This document shows positions 1-9,017 of a stretch of 64,000 nt of DNA, piece by piece; positions within the stretch are counted from its first letter, which is position 1; the number at the start of each line of letters is the position of its first letter. Under the pieces are notes generated by a model. That model was not told the origin of the DNA. It did not search any database and saw only the letters and a program-made list of their open reading frames with translations. The translations under genes and the position numbers were made by a program. The stretch comes from Candidatus Bathyarchaeota archaeon (GTDB lineage: Archaea > Thermoproteota > Bathyarchaeia > Bathyarchaeales > Bathycorpusculaceae): NCBI GenBank assembly GCA_963833575.1, contig CAWHXY010000004.1, positions 992,001-1,056,000 on the forward strand, read 5' to 3'.

Positions 1-405
1 ATCTGTGTCTTTGATGATTGTTACTGCTGAGGCGATGTATTTTCCCCCGTCCTTTTCGGTATAGTGCATTATTGGGAGTTTAGTTAAGTCAACGGTTGTT
101 TCCACGACTTCTTGGCAATTGCCATTTTCAACTACTTGCGGCGGCATAGGCTGCTGAATAGCATCAGAAAGTTTAGGTAGCAGCTGTTCCTTACTTATTC
201 CGAGTGAAGTTGCGATTAAATCTTTAGAAGAAACGAGCCCTGCGACAACGGGGTAACTTGATTCTTTAATCTTCTCAAAATAAACTGGTTTCTCGCCTAA
301 AGCATCAATTATTCCTGCAATCTCAAACTCGGTGGAAACAGGTTTTGTTATTCTTGTTAACTCGCCTTTTTTATCCAAAGTTTCAATAAGGTTTCTAAAT
401 TCCAA
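1..405 (-). CDS. UbiD-family decarboxylase, 5' part only (runs off the window); probably anhydromevalonate phosphate decarboxylase
   Basis: Not in the ORF track. Manual translation from TTG at 405 gives MEFRNLIETLDKKGELTRITKPVSTEFEIAGII...VDLTKLPIMHYTEKDGGKYIASAV, a typical UbiD N-terminus. It lies directly downstream of mvk on the same strand. Confidence 0.85.
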   Translation of the reverse strand, partial: MEFRNLIETLDKKGELTRITKPVSTEFEIAGIIDALGEKPVYFEKIKESSYPVVAGLVSSKDLIATSLGISKEQLLPKLSDAIQQPMPPQVVENGNCQEVVETTVDLTKLPIMHYTEKDGGKYIASAVTIIKDTD

Positions 406-417
406 TCTGCATCAACC

Positions 418-1359
418 TTAGTATTTCTCAATACCAATTTTTGTACTTAGCACTTCAAACCCCAAGAACTTAATAGCACTTAGAACTTTGCCCTGCAACT
501 CCTTCCCAGGAGTTAGCGCCACCATGCATCCGCCGCCGCCTCCACCTGTAAGTTTTGCGCCAAAAGCACCTTGTTTTCTCGCTAAATCGACTAGGGAATC
601 GAGTTCCTTGCTTGATACACCGATTTCTTGGAGCAGATGATGGTTTTCGTTCATGAGGTCGCCAATTTTCTTAAGATCATAATTCTCAAATGCCTTACGT
701 CCTGCAACTGCCACGTTTTCAGCCTGTTTGAAGATGGGGTCGTATTTCTGAGGATTTTTCTTCTTGCGCTCTGCTACACCTTCAACCATGGCTTTTGTGT
801 TAGCGACTTTGCCTGTGCTGCCAATGACAATTTCGATTGGCCTTCGTAAGTGAAGTTTTTCTATCTTGTCTAGCCCGCCAGCTAAATCTTTCTTAAACCA
901 CATTAAGCCGCCGTAAGTTGCAGCGGTGTTATCAATACCTGAAGGATTGCCCGCATACGCTTTCTCGGCTTCATATGCGATTTGATTAATTTTCTCATCA
1001 GAAACTTGCATATTAAACTCTTGGGCGATGGCTCGTGCGATGGCGACGCTGCTTGCTGCAGAAGCACCTAAACCGCTAAAACCTGGTAGGGTTCCACCAA
1101 TCCAAATATCCAAGCAGCTCTTAGGGTCAATGCCCATGGTTTTTAGCATTCTCTCGATTGATTCGATCTGTTGGAGGCGTTTTTCTTCGCTGTAGCCTTT
1201 AGCAGTTTTTCTTTCATCTTTAATTTGTAGTCCTTTGAAGCTTTGTTTAACTTCAGCATCTGTGGTTGAATCAATTGCGGAGACGACGCCTGGTAAGCCA
1301 TGCACAACAAAGTGTTCACCAAATAAGATTACTTTTCCGTAACCTGACCCTTTACCCAT
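418..1359 (-). CDS. mvk: Mevalonate kinase
   Basis: GKVILFGEHFVVHG, GHMP motif PGFSGLGASAA, GNPSGID, GAKLTGGGGGG. Confidence 0.95.
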   Translation of the reverse strand: MGKGSGYGKVILFGEHFVVHGLPGVVSAIDSTTDAEVKQSFKGLQIKDERKTAKGYSEEKRLQQIESIERMLKTMGIDPKSCLDIWIGGTLPGFSGLGASAASSVAIARAIAQEFNMQVSDEKINQIAYEAEKAYAGNPSGIDNTAATYGGLMWFKKDLAGGLDKIEKLHLRRPIEIVIGSTGKVANTKAMVEGVAERKKKNPQKYDPIFKQAENVAVAGRKAFENYDLKKIGDLMNENHHLLQEIGVSSKELDSLVDLARKQGAFGAKLTGGGGGGCMVALTPGKELQGKVLSAIKFLGFEVLSTKIGIEKY

Positions 1360-1472
1360 TTAACTTCGCACCTTGAGAGGAAGTTATTACACCGTGGAAA
1401 TAAAAACATTCGTTTGATGCCATTTTGGGGTAAAACAATCTTTCAAAGTTCTTGGTTAGGGGAAAAATTAAG

Positions 1473-1564
1473 GTTAGGTAGGTCAAGCCATGGCTAACAG
1501 AGATAAGGAAGAGAAGTCTGTGGGCAAGATACCTTATGCAATGTTAGCAGCCAGACCGCCTAAC
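1473..1564. ncRNA. Candidate structured RNA (long imperfect hairpin)
   Basis: Nested complementary blocks GTTAGG/CCTAAC, GGTC/GACC, GCTAACA/TGTTAGC and ATAAGG/CCTTAT in an ORF-free intergenic region. Confidence 0.4.
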
Positions 1565-1857
1565 TCGATGGCTACCCTAATGACTCTTTTTCTCCGTGAT
1601 CTGCTTACGATTTCAGACAATATAAAATAATGTTGTTACATTCTGTTGTTACAACCGCTAAGTTAAACCAAGTAGCCTATTTATAATGCCGACCCATCGT
1701 TTGAATGATCTTGTGAAGGTACTATACTGATATTTTGCAAATTACGTTAGAAGAAGAAGGACAATCGGCGGGAGCACCTTGCCCTCCTTCTTCTGAACGA
1801 ATTGCAAAAGTTTTTTTATCATGTTAAGAAATATAGGAAAAGGTAACTCAATAGTAA

Positions 1858-2532
1858 ATGAGGAAGGTTTCAGTCGTGAGTGAAGAAATAGATAAAATAA
1901 TTCAGAAAAAAGAAGCTGTTCTTTTTCCTCTTTTCTCAAGTATGGAAGAACTCAAAAATAAGTTTATCCAAGAATCAGTGACCTTTGCCGCTGATTGGTA
2001 TGTTAAAACAGCAAAAAAATACATTACTAAATTTCCTGAAACTACCTTAAGTTTAAGTGAAGAAAAAATTGCTACTATGAAAACTAAAGTAAATGAACTG
2101 GTTAAGGAAACAGAAAAAACAGTAAAAACCGAATTGGACGATCCCAAATTATGGTGGCATCAACAACCAGATTTTCAAACAGCGATTGATCAGTACATTC
2201 AAGTTGCCGATAAGTATCCCGAAATCATTGACCGCGCGGTAAGACACGCACTAGGATACTTGGGCGTAATTCTAGAAGAATTCAGCTTTCATGTCACTGC
2301 AAATGGCAACGCAGGCTCATTTCAAGAATTCTGGTTTGATCACCCTGTAGGAAACGAATACGCAACAAAACCATATTATCCTCATCTTCTCAAATGGTCC
2401 GACGAAATGGAAGAGACACTTGGATATTACGATTCAAAATTTATCGAAGCTCTGGCGTCATTCAAGGAAATACATGAATTAAAAGAGGAAAAGAAGAGAC
2501 AAAAAGCACTTACACGATGGGACTCCATCTAG
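1858..2532 (+). CDS. Hypothetical helical protein
   Basis: 224-aa ORF with protein-like composition; no motif recognised. Confidence 0.7.
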   Translation: MRKVSVVSEEIDKIIQKKEAVLFPLFSSMEELKNKFIQESVTFAADWYVKTAKKYITKFPETTLSLSEEKIATMKTKVNELVKETEKTVKTELDDPKLWWHQQPDFQTAIDQYIQVADKYPEIIDRAVRHALGYLGVILEEFSFHVTANGNAGSFQEFWFDHPVGNEYATKPYYPHLLKWSDEMEETLGYYDSKFIEALASFKEIHELKEEKKRQKALTRWDSI

Positions 2533-3386
2533 AGTTGTTTTTTGAAGCTTACTGCGGCATACCCTACTACGCTTGAGTGGTCACCTGTTACGTCTCCGCT
2601 GTTATGATAATTTAATAATGTAGCTTTAGCACATATGCCACTTGCATAGGTGATTAGGGCTGTTATTGGGGCGTACCCGCATGCTGTTATGTTTTGCTTT
2701 TCAATAGTTTCATAGAAACCTTTTGCATCCATATCAGTGATTGCTTTGAGTGCTGCGTGGTCTTTTGTAGATGCGTTTTTTGCAGGTTCATAATGCGTCA
2801 TATCTGAGGAAGCAATAACAACTGTGTTTTTGGTGTCTAATGCTTCTTCAAGTGCTCTTCCAACTTCAACAGCACTTTCATAGTCCTGCATTAGAAAACA
2901 GATTGGCACAATCTTGAATGTGTTGCCATAGAGGAATTGAAGAAAAGGCAATTGTACTTCAAGGGAATGTTCATAGCGGTGTGCAAGCTCGTCAATATCG
3001 ATGACGCTGGTTTCATGTATAATTTCGTTTGCTAATTTGGAGTCGACCTCTATATCGCCTAGTGGTGTTTTCCAAATACCTTCAGACATAAGGCTCAAGG
3101 CGCTTCCGTATCCAGTATGATTGGGACCTAAAAGCACTATCGTGTCCGGTTTGCCATCTAACGCCAATTCATAAAAAGCAGATGCTGCCACAGGACCAGA
3201 ATACATGTACCCTGCATGGGGGCAAATCATCCCTGCAATGTTTCTTGGGTAGCTATGCAAGTTTACATTGGGAAGTTTTTTTGGACCAAGTTCATGGAGG
3301 AAACAGTTTTTAATTTGTGCCCTGAGCGCTTCGGCGTCGGCTTCATAAAATTGACCAGCGACATTTGGACGCCGAATCGTCGGCAA
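2529..3386 (-). CDS. MEMO1 family protein (AmmeMemoRadiSam protein B)
   Basis: RRPNVAGQFY, PHAGYMYSG, GPNHTG, EHSLEVQLPFLQ, SSDMTHY, CGYAP, VVGY. Start moved to TTG 3386, just after the rps2 stop. Confidence 0.92.
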   Translation of the reverse strand: MPTIRRPNVAGQFYEADAEALRAQIKNCFLHELGPKKLPNVNLHSYPRNIAGMICPHAGYMYSGPVAASAFYELALDGKPDTIVLLGPNHTGYGSALSLMSEGIWKTPLGDIEVDSKLANEIIHETSVIDIDELAHRYEHSLEVQLPFLQFLYGNTFKIVPICFLMQDYESAVEVGRALEEALDTKNTVVIASSDMTHYEPAKNASTKDHAALKAITDMDAKGFYETIEKQNITACGYAPITALITYASGICAKATLLNYHNSGDVTGDHSSVVGYAAVSFKKQL

Positions 3387-3390
3387 CGGG

Positions 3391-4155
3391 TTAGGGTTCC
3401 TCCTCCTCTTCCCGAGTGACTTTTGCTTCGAAGTCATCTATGGTTGCTGGTGGATCTTTGTCTGGGCCTAATTCGCCTCTTTCGCGGAGAACTTGTCTCG
3501 CTAGTAACCAGAATATGACTGCCAAAGCTCTTCTGCCCTTATTGTTTGTTGGAATAACTAGGTCAACGCCAGCAAATTCGTTATCTGTGCTGCATAATGC
3601 GACGATTGGAATACCGACTTTGGAGGCTTCTTTGACTGCTTGTGCATCTGCTCTTGGGTCAGAAACAACTATGACTTCAGGGTCAATTCTTCCTGGATAC
3701 TGTGGATTGGATAGTTGTCCTGGAATGAAGCGTCCGATTAAGGGTGTTGCGCCTGTTAGTTGGCAGAATTTTTTAATTGGTTCTTGAGCGTAGAGTCTTG
3801 TTGCTGCAATTGCGACTTTTGCGTGTTCATAACGTGAGAGAAATTTTGCAGTGACTCTTATTCGGTCGTCAGTTTTTTTAACGTCAAGTACGAATAATCC
3901 GTCTGGTCTTACCCGGTAGATGAAAGGTTCCATGTCTAGTGTTTTCATTCGTGTTCCGATGTGAATGCCTGCGGACAACAGAGTGTCTCTTGGTAAGAGA
4001 AGTTCCTCTGTAGGCTGGGTGTCTTGAACTTTTTCTTCTTCTTGCGCTGTTGGTTGCTCTTCAGAAACCTCTTCAAAAGGTTCCTCTGAGTTTTCTGCTT
4101 GGTTTTCCTCTCCATTTCCTACTGGTTGAATCTCTTTATTTTCGTCTTCTGACAT
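3391..4155 (-). CDS. rps2: 30S ribosomal protein S2 (uS2) with acidic N-terminal extension
   Basis: LLSAGIHIGT, RPDGLFVLDV, GRFIPG, DPRADAQA, IPTNNKGRRALA. Confidence 0.97.
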   Translation of the reverse strand: MSEDENKEIQPVGNGEENQAENSEEPFEEVSEEQPTAQEEEKVQDTQPTEELLLPRDTLLSAGIHIGTRMKTLDMEPFIYRVRPDGLFVLDVKKTDDRIRVTAKFLSRYEHAKVAIAATRLYAQEPIKKFCQLTGATPLIGRFIPGQLSNPQYPGRIDPEVIVVSDPRADAQAVKEASKVGIPIVALCSTDNEFAGVDLVIPTNNKGRRALAVIFWLLARQVLRERGELGPDKDPPATIDDFEAKVTREEEEEP

Positions 4156-4171
4156 TTTTTCACTTTCTCTA

Positions 4172-5425
4172 TTAGCGTATTTTTAAATCAGCCATTTTGG
4201 CTCTGTTTCCAAGGAAATGCTCTATTCTTATTAGCTCGTTAAGTTTGGCTATGCGTGCGCCTTCAACTACGCCTGTTTTTATTAAAGGGCAGTTGTACGC
4301 TACAGCCAAATGAGCTATGTGCCAATCGCATGTATCACCTGAACGATGAGACACAACTGGATCGTAACCATGTCGTTGTGCAGTTTGAATTGTTTGTGCT
4401 GCATCCGACAGGGTGCCTATCTGGTTGACTTTTATTATGATAGCATTTCCAGCGTTAATCTTGATTCCATTATTTAACCTTTCAGTATTCGTTGTAAATA
4501 AATCATCGCCGCATATTAAGCAGTTTTTGGCTTTGCGGGTTAATTCAGCAAAGCTTTCATAATCTTCTTCATGAAAAGGATCTTCAACATAGGCAAGATG
4601 ATATTTTTCAATTAGTTCCAACATAAAGTCTAGCTGTTCGGCTGTATCACGTTTCTTGCCTTCATTCTCGTAAACATACTTTTCATCCTTAGGTTTCCAA
4701 AGCGAGGAAGCAGCAACATCAATGCCAAAGCCACATTCAAAATCTAGTTCGTTACCAACTTCTTCACATACTTTGGCCATCACTTCGAAGGCATCGATAG
4801 TGTCTATGTTGGCTATCCATGCGCCCTCGTCACTTTTTCCACCGTTAAATTGGCTGCTTTTCCTTTTTAAGGCATCACCGATTTTTTTGTGGATTTGAGT
4901 ATTGGCTGTTTGAGCTTCAATAAAACTTTCAGCCCCATGCGGCAATGCTAAGTACTCTTGAATGTCTGGTGCTTTACCCCTTGCATGCTGACCCCCGCTC
5001 AAACAGTTGCCGAGAGGATAAGGCAAGGTCGTTGCGGCGTTTCCACCCATGAATTGGAATAAGAGAAATCCGTGAGAGTTTGCTGCAGCTTCAGCGTTGG
5101 CGAGGGAAATTGCAACCGCGGTGTTTCCGCCAATGTTTTTGAAGTCTGTAGTACCATCTAATTCGTGAAGTGTGTTGTCAATTTCTTCTTGATAGTCAGC
5201 GTTTAACCCAGCAAGTTCAGGAGCAATCAAATCATCTACTTTCTTTATAGCTGCCTCGACTCCACCTTGCGGGTAATAAATGACTTCAGCTTTTCCCCGG
5301 CTCTTTCCCGCTGGAGCAGATGCTCTACCGAAACCACCATTAGTGATTACGTCGACCTCTATTGTTTCTTCTCCTCGATTATTGAAAACCTTTCTTGCAA
5401 TGAGGTCTTCGATGATAGATGACAC
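4172..5425 (-). CDS. eno: Enolase
   Basis: RGEETIEVDV, GGNTAVAISLA, EDPFHEED, CGDDLF, KVNQIGTL, SHRSGDT, KLNELIRIE. Likely GTG start at 5425. Confidence 0.95.
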   Translation of the reverse strand: MSSIIEDLIARKVFNNRGEETIEVDVITNGGFGRASAPAGKSRGKAEVIYYPQGGVEAAIKKVDDLIAPELAGLNADYQEEIDNTLHELDGTTDFKNIGGNTAVAISLANAEAAANSHGFLLFQFMGGNAATTLPYPLGNCLSGGQHARGKAPDIQEYLALPHGAESFIEAQTANTQIHKKIGDALKRKSSQFNGGKSDEGAWIANIDTIDAFEVMAKVCEEVGNELDFECGFGIDVAASSLWKPKDEKYVYENEGKKRDTAEQLDFMLELIEKYHLAYVEDPFHEEDYESFAELTRKAKNCLICGDDLFTTNTERLNNGIKINAGNAIIIKVNQIGTLSDAAQTIQTAQRHGYDPVVSHRSGDTCDWHIAHLAVAYNCPLIKTGVVEGARIAKLNELIRIEHFLGNRAKMADLKIR

Positions 5426-5550
5426 TGTTGCAAACCTCAAACGGCTATAATTTTGTTGCCAGCTTATTTTAGGTTTCGGAAACACAAAAATCGTATTTCA
5501 AAAGCCAATAGGTATAATAGTTTCTGGCATGTTTTTTGAAAAGAAAATCT

Positions 5551-5615
5551 GGCTATGGCATTAGCCTTGACTAATCAGTCAGAACCGCTCCTTTTTGGAT
5601 GCTGATAATGCCTAC
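5551..5615 (+). ncRNA. Fluoride (crcB) riboswitch
   Basis: GGCTATGGCATTAGCC...AACCGC...GCTGATAATGCCTAC fits the fluoride riboswitch consensus (P1 GGCTA/TAGCC, pseudoknot GGCAT/ATGCC). It ends about 25 nt upstream of crcB. Confidence 0.9.
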
Positions 5616-5640
5616 CCTAAAAGAATGCAGGTAGGTAAAC

Positions 5641-6027
5641 ATGAAAATGATTGAATTCGTGCTCTTAGCGGTTGGCGCGGTAGTCGGAGCCTCTCTACGA
5701 TACATAATGGTTGCTTCTCCACAGACCATCGGAGGACTACCGGTCAACGTTTTAGCCGTTAACATCATCGGCAGCTTCATACTAGGATTGTTTTCGGTCT
5801 TAGCAATCGCCTTAAACTTAAACTCTAATTACACATTGCTAATAGCTACCGGATTTTGTGGTGCATTCACAACCATGTCCTCTTTTGCCCTCGAAACCAG
5901 CAACTTGATGGATGGCAACCGCTTTATCCTTGTAATACTAAACATACTAGCCAACGTGGGATTGTCTCTCGGAGCGCTCATAGGTGGAAAAGTTTTGGGC
6001 AACGAGTTAATGACGAGGATTCTCTGA
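5641..6027 (+). CDS. crcB: Fluoride efflux channel Fluc/CrcB
   Basis: GAVVGASLRY, VNIIGSFILG, TGFCGAFTTMSSF; four hydrophobic helices. Confidence 0.95.
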   Translation: MKMIEFVLLAVGAVVGASLRYIMVASPQTIGGLPVNVLAVNIIGSFILGLFSVLAIALNLNSNYTLLIATGFCGAFTTMSSFALETSNLMDGNRFILVILNILANVGLSLGALIGGKVLGNELMTRIL

Positions 6028-6338
6028 TGCGAATAAAAATGTGGAGTGTAATGATTCGGATTAAGAGAAATGATGAGGTTGGCGGCAAGCGTCTAGAACG
6101 TCTTGTGATTGATTTTTTAATCAATGCCGGTGTAAGCGGTGCAACGGTGTGGACTGGGGTTGACGGTTTTGGTAAAAGGGGCAAGTCAACGCTGAAGCTC
6201 GAGGGTGTTACAGTTAACATGCCCTTAATAATTGAAGTGATTGATGAACAATCAAAACTGGAGCCTCTTCTTCCAGACCTTAAGAGAATCGTTGGAGACA
6301 ACGGTTTGGTAACCATTCAAGACACTTATGTAATTTAA
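6027..6338 (+). CDS. DUF190 (PII-like) protein
   Basis: AGVSGATVWTGVDGFG, MPLIIEVID, GLVTI. ATG 6027 overlaps the crcB stop; this family is the usual crcB neighbour. Confidence 0.88.
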   Translation: MRIKMWSVMIRIKRNDEVGGKRLERLVIDFLINAGVSGATVWTGVDGFGKRGKSTLKLEGVTVNMPLIIEVIDEQSKLEPLLPDLKRIVGDNGLVTIQDTYVI

Positions 6339-6521
6339 AATTACCAATGACCAATTTAGTTCTTTAATGGTTTAGAGTAACCACATAAGAATATTAGCCT
6401 AAGCCAGATTGTTTATAGAAATTTACCGTTATGGCTTAAAACTCTGTCAATAAAGATGTTTGACTGTCGCAGTAGCTGTTATTAAGCACCATAACCTAAA
6501 GTAAATAAAGGATGTTTTGAC

Positions 6522-7424
6522 GTGCAAACCGACGCAGAAAATTTTAAGGTTCCCGTTGGCAAAAAAATCAGTTTGGACAATTATGATCCAGCTTGGATTC
6601 CTAAATGGGCTAAGGAAAAAGAGGGCAAAGAAGATAAAAAAGCGATAAAAGAAGAAGCGGCAGACATGCTTGAAGCTAATAGGCAGAAACTGATTGAAAT
6701 GCAGGAGTTGCTTTGGGCAAGCGACAGCTATTCTATGCTAATTATTTTGCAAGGTATGGATGCTGCAGGAAAAGATGGCACCATTCAACATGTAATGTCA
6801 GGAGTTAATCCTCAAGGTTGTCAGGTTACTAGCTTTAAAACTCCTTCAGAAGAAGAATTAAATCATGATTTTCTTTGGCGACATATAAAAGCTTTGCCAG
6901 AGAGAGGAAAAATTGGAATTTTTAATAGATCTTACTATGAAGATGTTCTCATAGTGAAGGTTCGCCCAGAAGTTTTTGAGAAGATGAAGCTTCCTGAACA
7001 GTTAGAGGGCAAAGGGTTTTGGGATCAACGATATGACGACATAAATATGTTTGAACGCCATCTTATCCGAAATGGTACAATAGTTCTAAAATTCTTTCTT
7101 CATATTTCAAAAGAAGAACAGAAACAGCGTTTGCTTAAACGCCTAGAAACTCCGGATAAGGAATGGAAATTTTCGCTTTTTGACCTTTCTGAACGGACAA
7201 AATGGGCTGATTATGAGCAAGCGTATGAAGATATGCTTAACAATACAAGCACTGAATGGGCACCTTGGTACATTATTCCTGCTGACAAGAAATGGGTTTC
7301 TCATGCACTGATCTCTGAAATCATAGTGTCGCAAATTGACAAGCTCAAACTAAAATATCCCGTTTTAAGCAAAGAGCAGCGTGAAGCTCTAAAGAAAGCA
7401 AAGGATGAGCTAGAAAAAGAATAA
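6522..7424 (+). CDS. ppk2: Polyphosphate kinase 2 family protein (probably class III)
   Basis: Walker A QGMDAAGKDG, FKTPSEEE, HDFLWR, FNRSYYEDVL, APWYIIPADKKW. Confidence 0.95.
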   Translation: MQTDAENFKVPVGKKISLDNYDPAWIPKWAKEKEGKEDKKAIKEEAADMLEANRQKLIEMQELLWASDSYSMLIILQGMDAAGKDGTIQHVMSGVNPQGCQVTSFKTPSEEELNHDFLWRHIKALPERGKIGIFNRSYYEDVLIVKVRPEVFEKMKLPEQLEGKGFWDQRYDDINMFERHLIRNGTIVLKFFLHISKEEQKQRLLKRLETPDKEWKFSLFDLSERTKWADYEQAYEDMLNNTSTEWAPWYIIPADKKWVSHALISEIIVSQIDKLKLKYPVLSKEQREALKKAKDELEKE

Positions 7425-7430
7425 ACGTAC

Positions 7431-9017
7431 TCACGTACTGGGTGTAACTTCACAGTGCACGTCTAGTTGCTTGCCGAAGGCTTCGTAGAACGCTTGCCTA
7501 TTTTGAATAACGCTCCATTCTTCGAAGCTACAGTCTGAGTCTGAATAAAACTCCAGCAAAATCCGGTCTTTGTCCTCCCTGATAAACTCAACTTTTTTCA
7601 CTAGTCCACTATGGCTCCTGTCAAGTTTTTCTGCAAATCTTAGAAATGTTGAAAGAATGGCAACGCACTCCTTAATTTTTTCATCCATTCCTATTGCTTT
7701 CATGGCTTTTTTTGAAGGTAATTTTTTCCGGTGGAAACGTGCGATATTTGCCATTAATTGGATTTCTTGCGGGTCAAAACCAAGAAGGTCGGCATTGCAG
7801 ATTATGTAGTGAGAATGAAGATGATGATTGTTAAAAGAAAGAAAATCGCCGACATCATGCAAGGTTGAGGAATATTTCAAGAGTTCTCTTTCGTTTTCAC
7901 TCAAATGGTGGAGGCCAATTTGTTTTGCGCTATCAAAGAGTTGGAGCGCCAGTGAAGCAACGGTTTCAGAATGTTTCTCGTCAAAGTTGCAGGATCTGCC
8001 TAAATGTAAAACACTCCTATTTCTCATAGGTGTCTTTTGAAGTTCTCGAAAGCCTTCAAAATTTGAGAGATAGTCAACGAGAAGTCCATCTCGCAGCTCT
8101 CTATGGCTAATTTTTATTTCTCCCAAGCCTAACTCTTCCATAAGGGCGTCCATTATGGCTGCTCCTGCGATTAAAATGTCTGCACGATCAGGGTTTATTG
8201 CGGGCAACTTTTTTCTTTCTTCAAGCGATAGAGAGCAAAGAACGGGGGCTAATTTCTTTAAGTTCTTTCTTGACAGCGTTAGACCGCCGTTTCCGTTTCC
8301 ATTCTTTTTGAATAATTTGCTTGATATTTCTGCCAAGTTTATGACGGTGCCTGACGATCCCCACGCTAGTCTAACTCCGTACTCTTTGACTTTCGCTTTC
8401 GCTGCTCTCATTTTAGTGGCTGCATATTTTTTTATTTGAAGGTATACGTTGAAGTCTACGGCTTTAGTCCATCCTTCGCCAATAAACTGGGCAGTCAGTC
8501 TTATTGCACCTAACTTAAGGCTACTCACGTAAAAACAGTCGAACTGGTTTCCGATGCAGATTTCAGTGCTGCCGCCTCCTAAATCCATAAAAACAACTTT
8601 TTCTTCACCGATATCTATCCCGCTTGACACACCTAGACAGATTAATCGTGCTTCTTCTTCTCCACTAATCACGTTTACTTTAAGCCCAGTTTCGTCGAAC
8701 AGTTTTTTTAAGAATTCAGTCTGATTTTTTGCTTCTCGAATCGCTGAAGTTCCCACTGCTATTATTTCTGTAGCGCCGTATGTTTTGGCCAACTCTAGGA
8801 ATTTTCCACATACAAAGATAGCCCGTTCCATTGCTTCTGGTTTGAGAACATGGTCTTTGAATTCTTGTTCGCCAAGTCGAATTACTTCTTTTTCTTGGCT
8901 GACAATTGTGTAAGAGAAATTAGGGTTCATTCTGACAACTAAGAGGCGTACGGCGTTCGTCCCGATGTCTACGAAGCCGACCACACGAGCGGAATTCTTT
9001 ATGAGTGTTGCTTCCAA
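7431..9017 (-). CDS. ppx: Ppx/GppA exopolyphosphatase with C-terminal HD domain
   Basis: DIGTNAVRL, GTSAIREAKN, ISGEEEARL, DLGGGSTE, LHDVG...HHLHS. Confidence 0.93.
   Translation of the reverse strand: MEATLIKNSARVVGFVDIGTNAVRLLVVRMNPNFSYTIVSQEKEVIRLGEQEFKDHVLKPEAMERAIFVCGKFLELAKTYGATEIIAVGTSAIREAKNQTEFLKKLFDETGLKVNVISGEEEARLICLGVSSGIDIGEEKVVFMDLGGGSTEICIGNQFDCFYVSSLKLGAIRLTAQFIGEGWTKAVDFNVYLQIKKYAATKMRAAKAKVKEYGVRLAWGSSGTVINLAEISSKLFKKNGNGNGGLTLSRKNLKKLAPVLCSLSLEERKKLPAINPDRADILIAGAAIMDALMEELGLGEIKISHRELRDGLLVDYLSNFEGFRELQKTPMRNRSVLHLGRSCNFDEKHSETVASLALQLFDSAKQIGLHHLSENERELLKYSSTLHDVGDFLSFNNHHLHSHYIICNADLLGFDPQEIQLMANIARFHRKKLPSKKAMKAIGMDEKIKECVAILSTFLRFAEKLDRSHSGLVKKVEFIREDKDRILLEFYSDSDCSFEEWSVIQNRQAFYEAFGKQLDVHCEVTPST

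Noticed and set aside
5856-6026. N-terminal extension of the 160-aa ORF
   Set aside because: It overlaps crcB out of frame; the DUF190 domain starts at ATG 6027.
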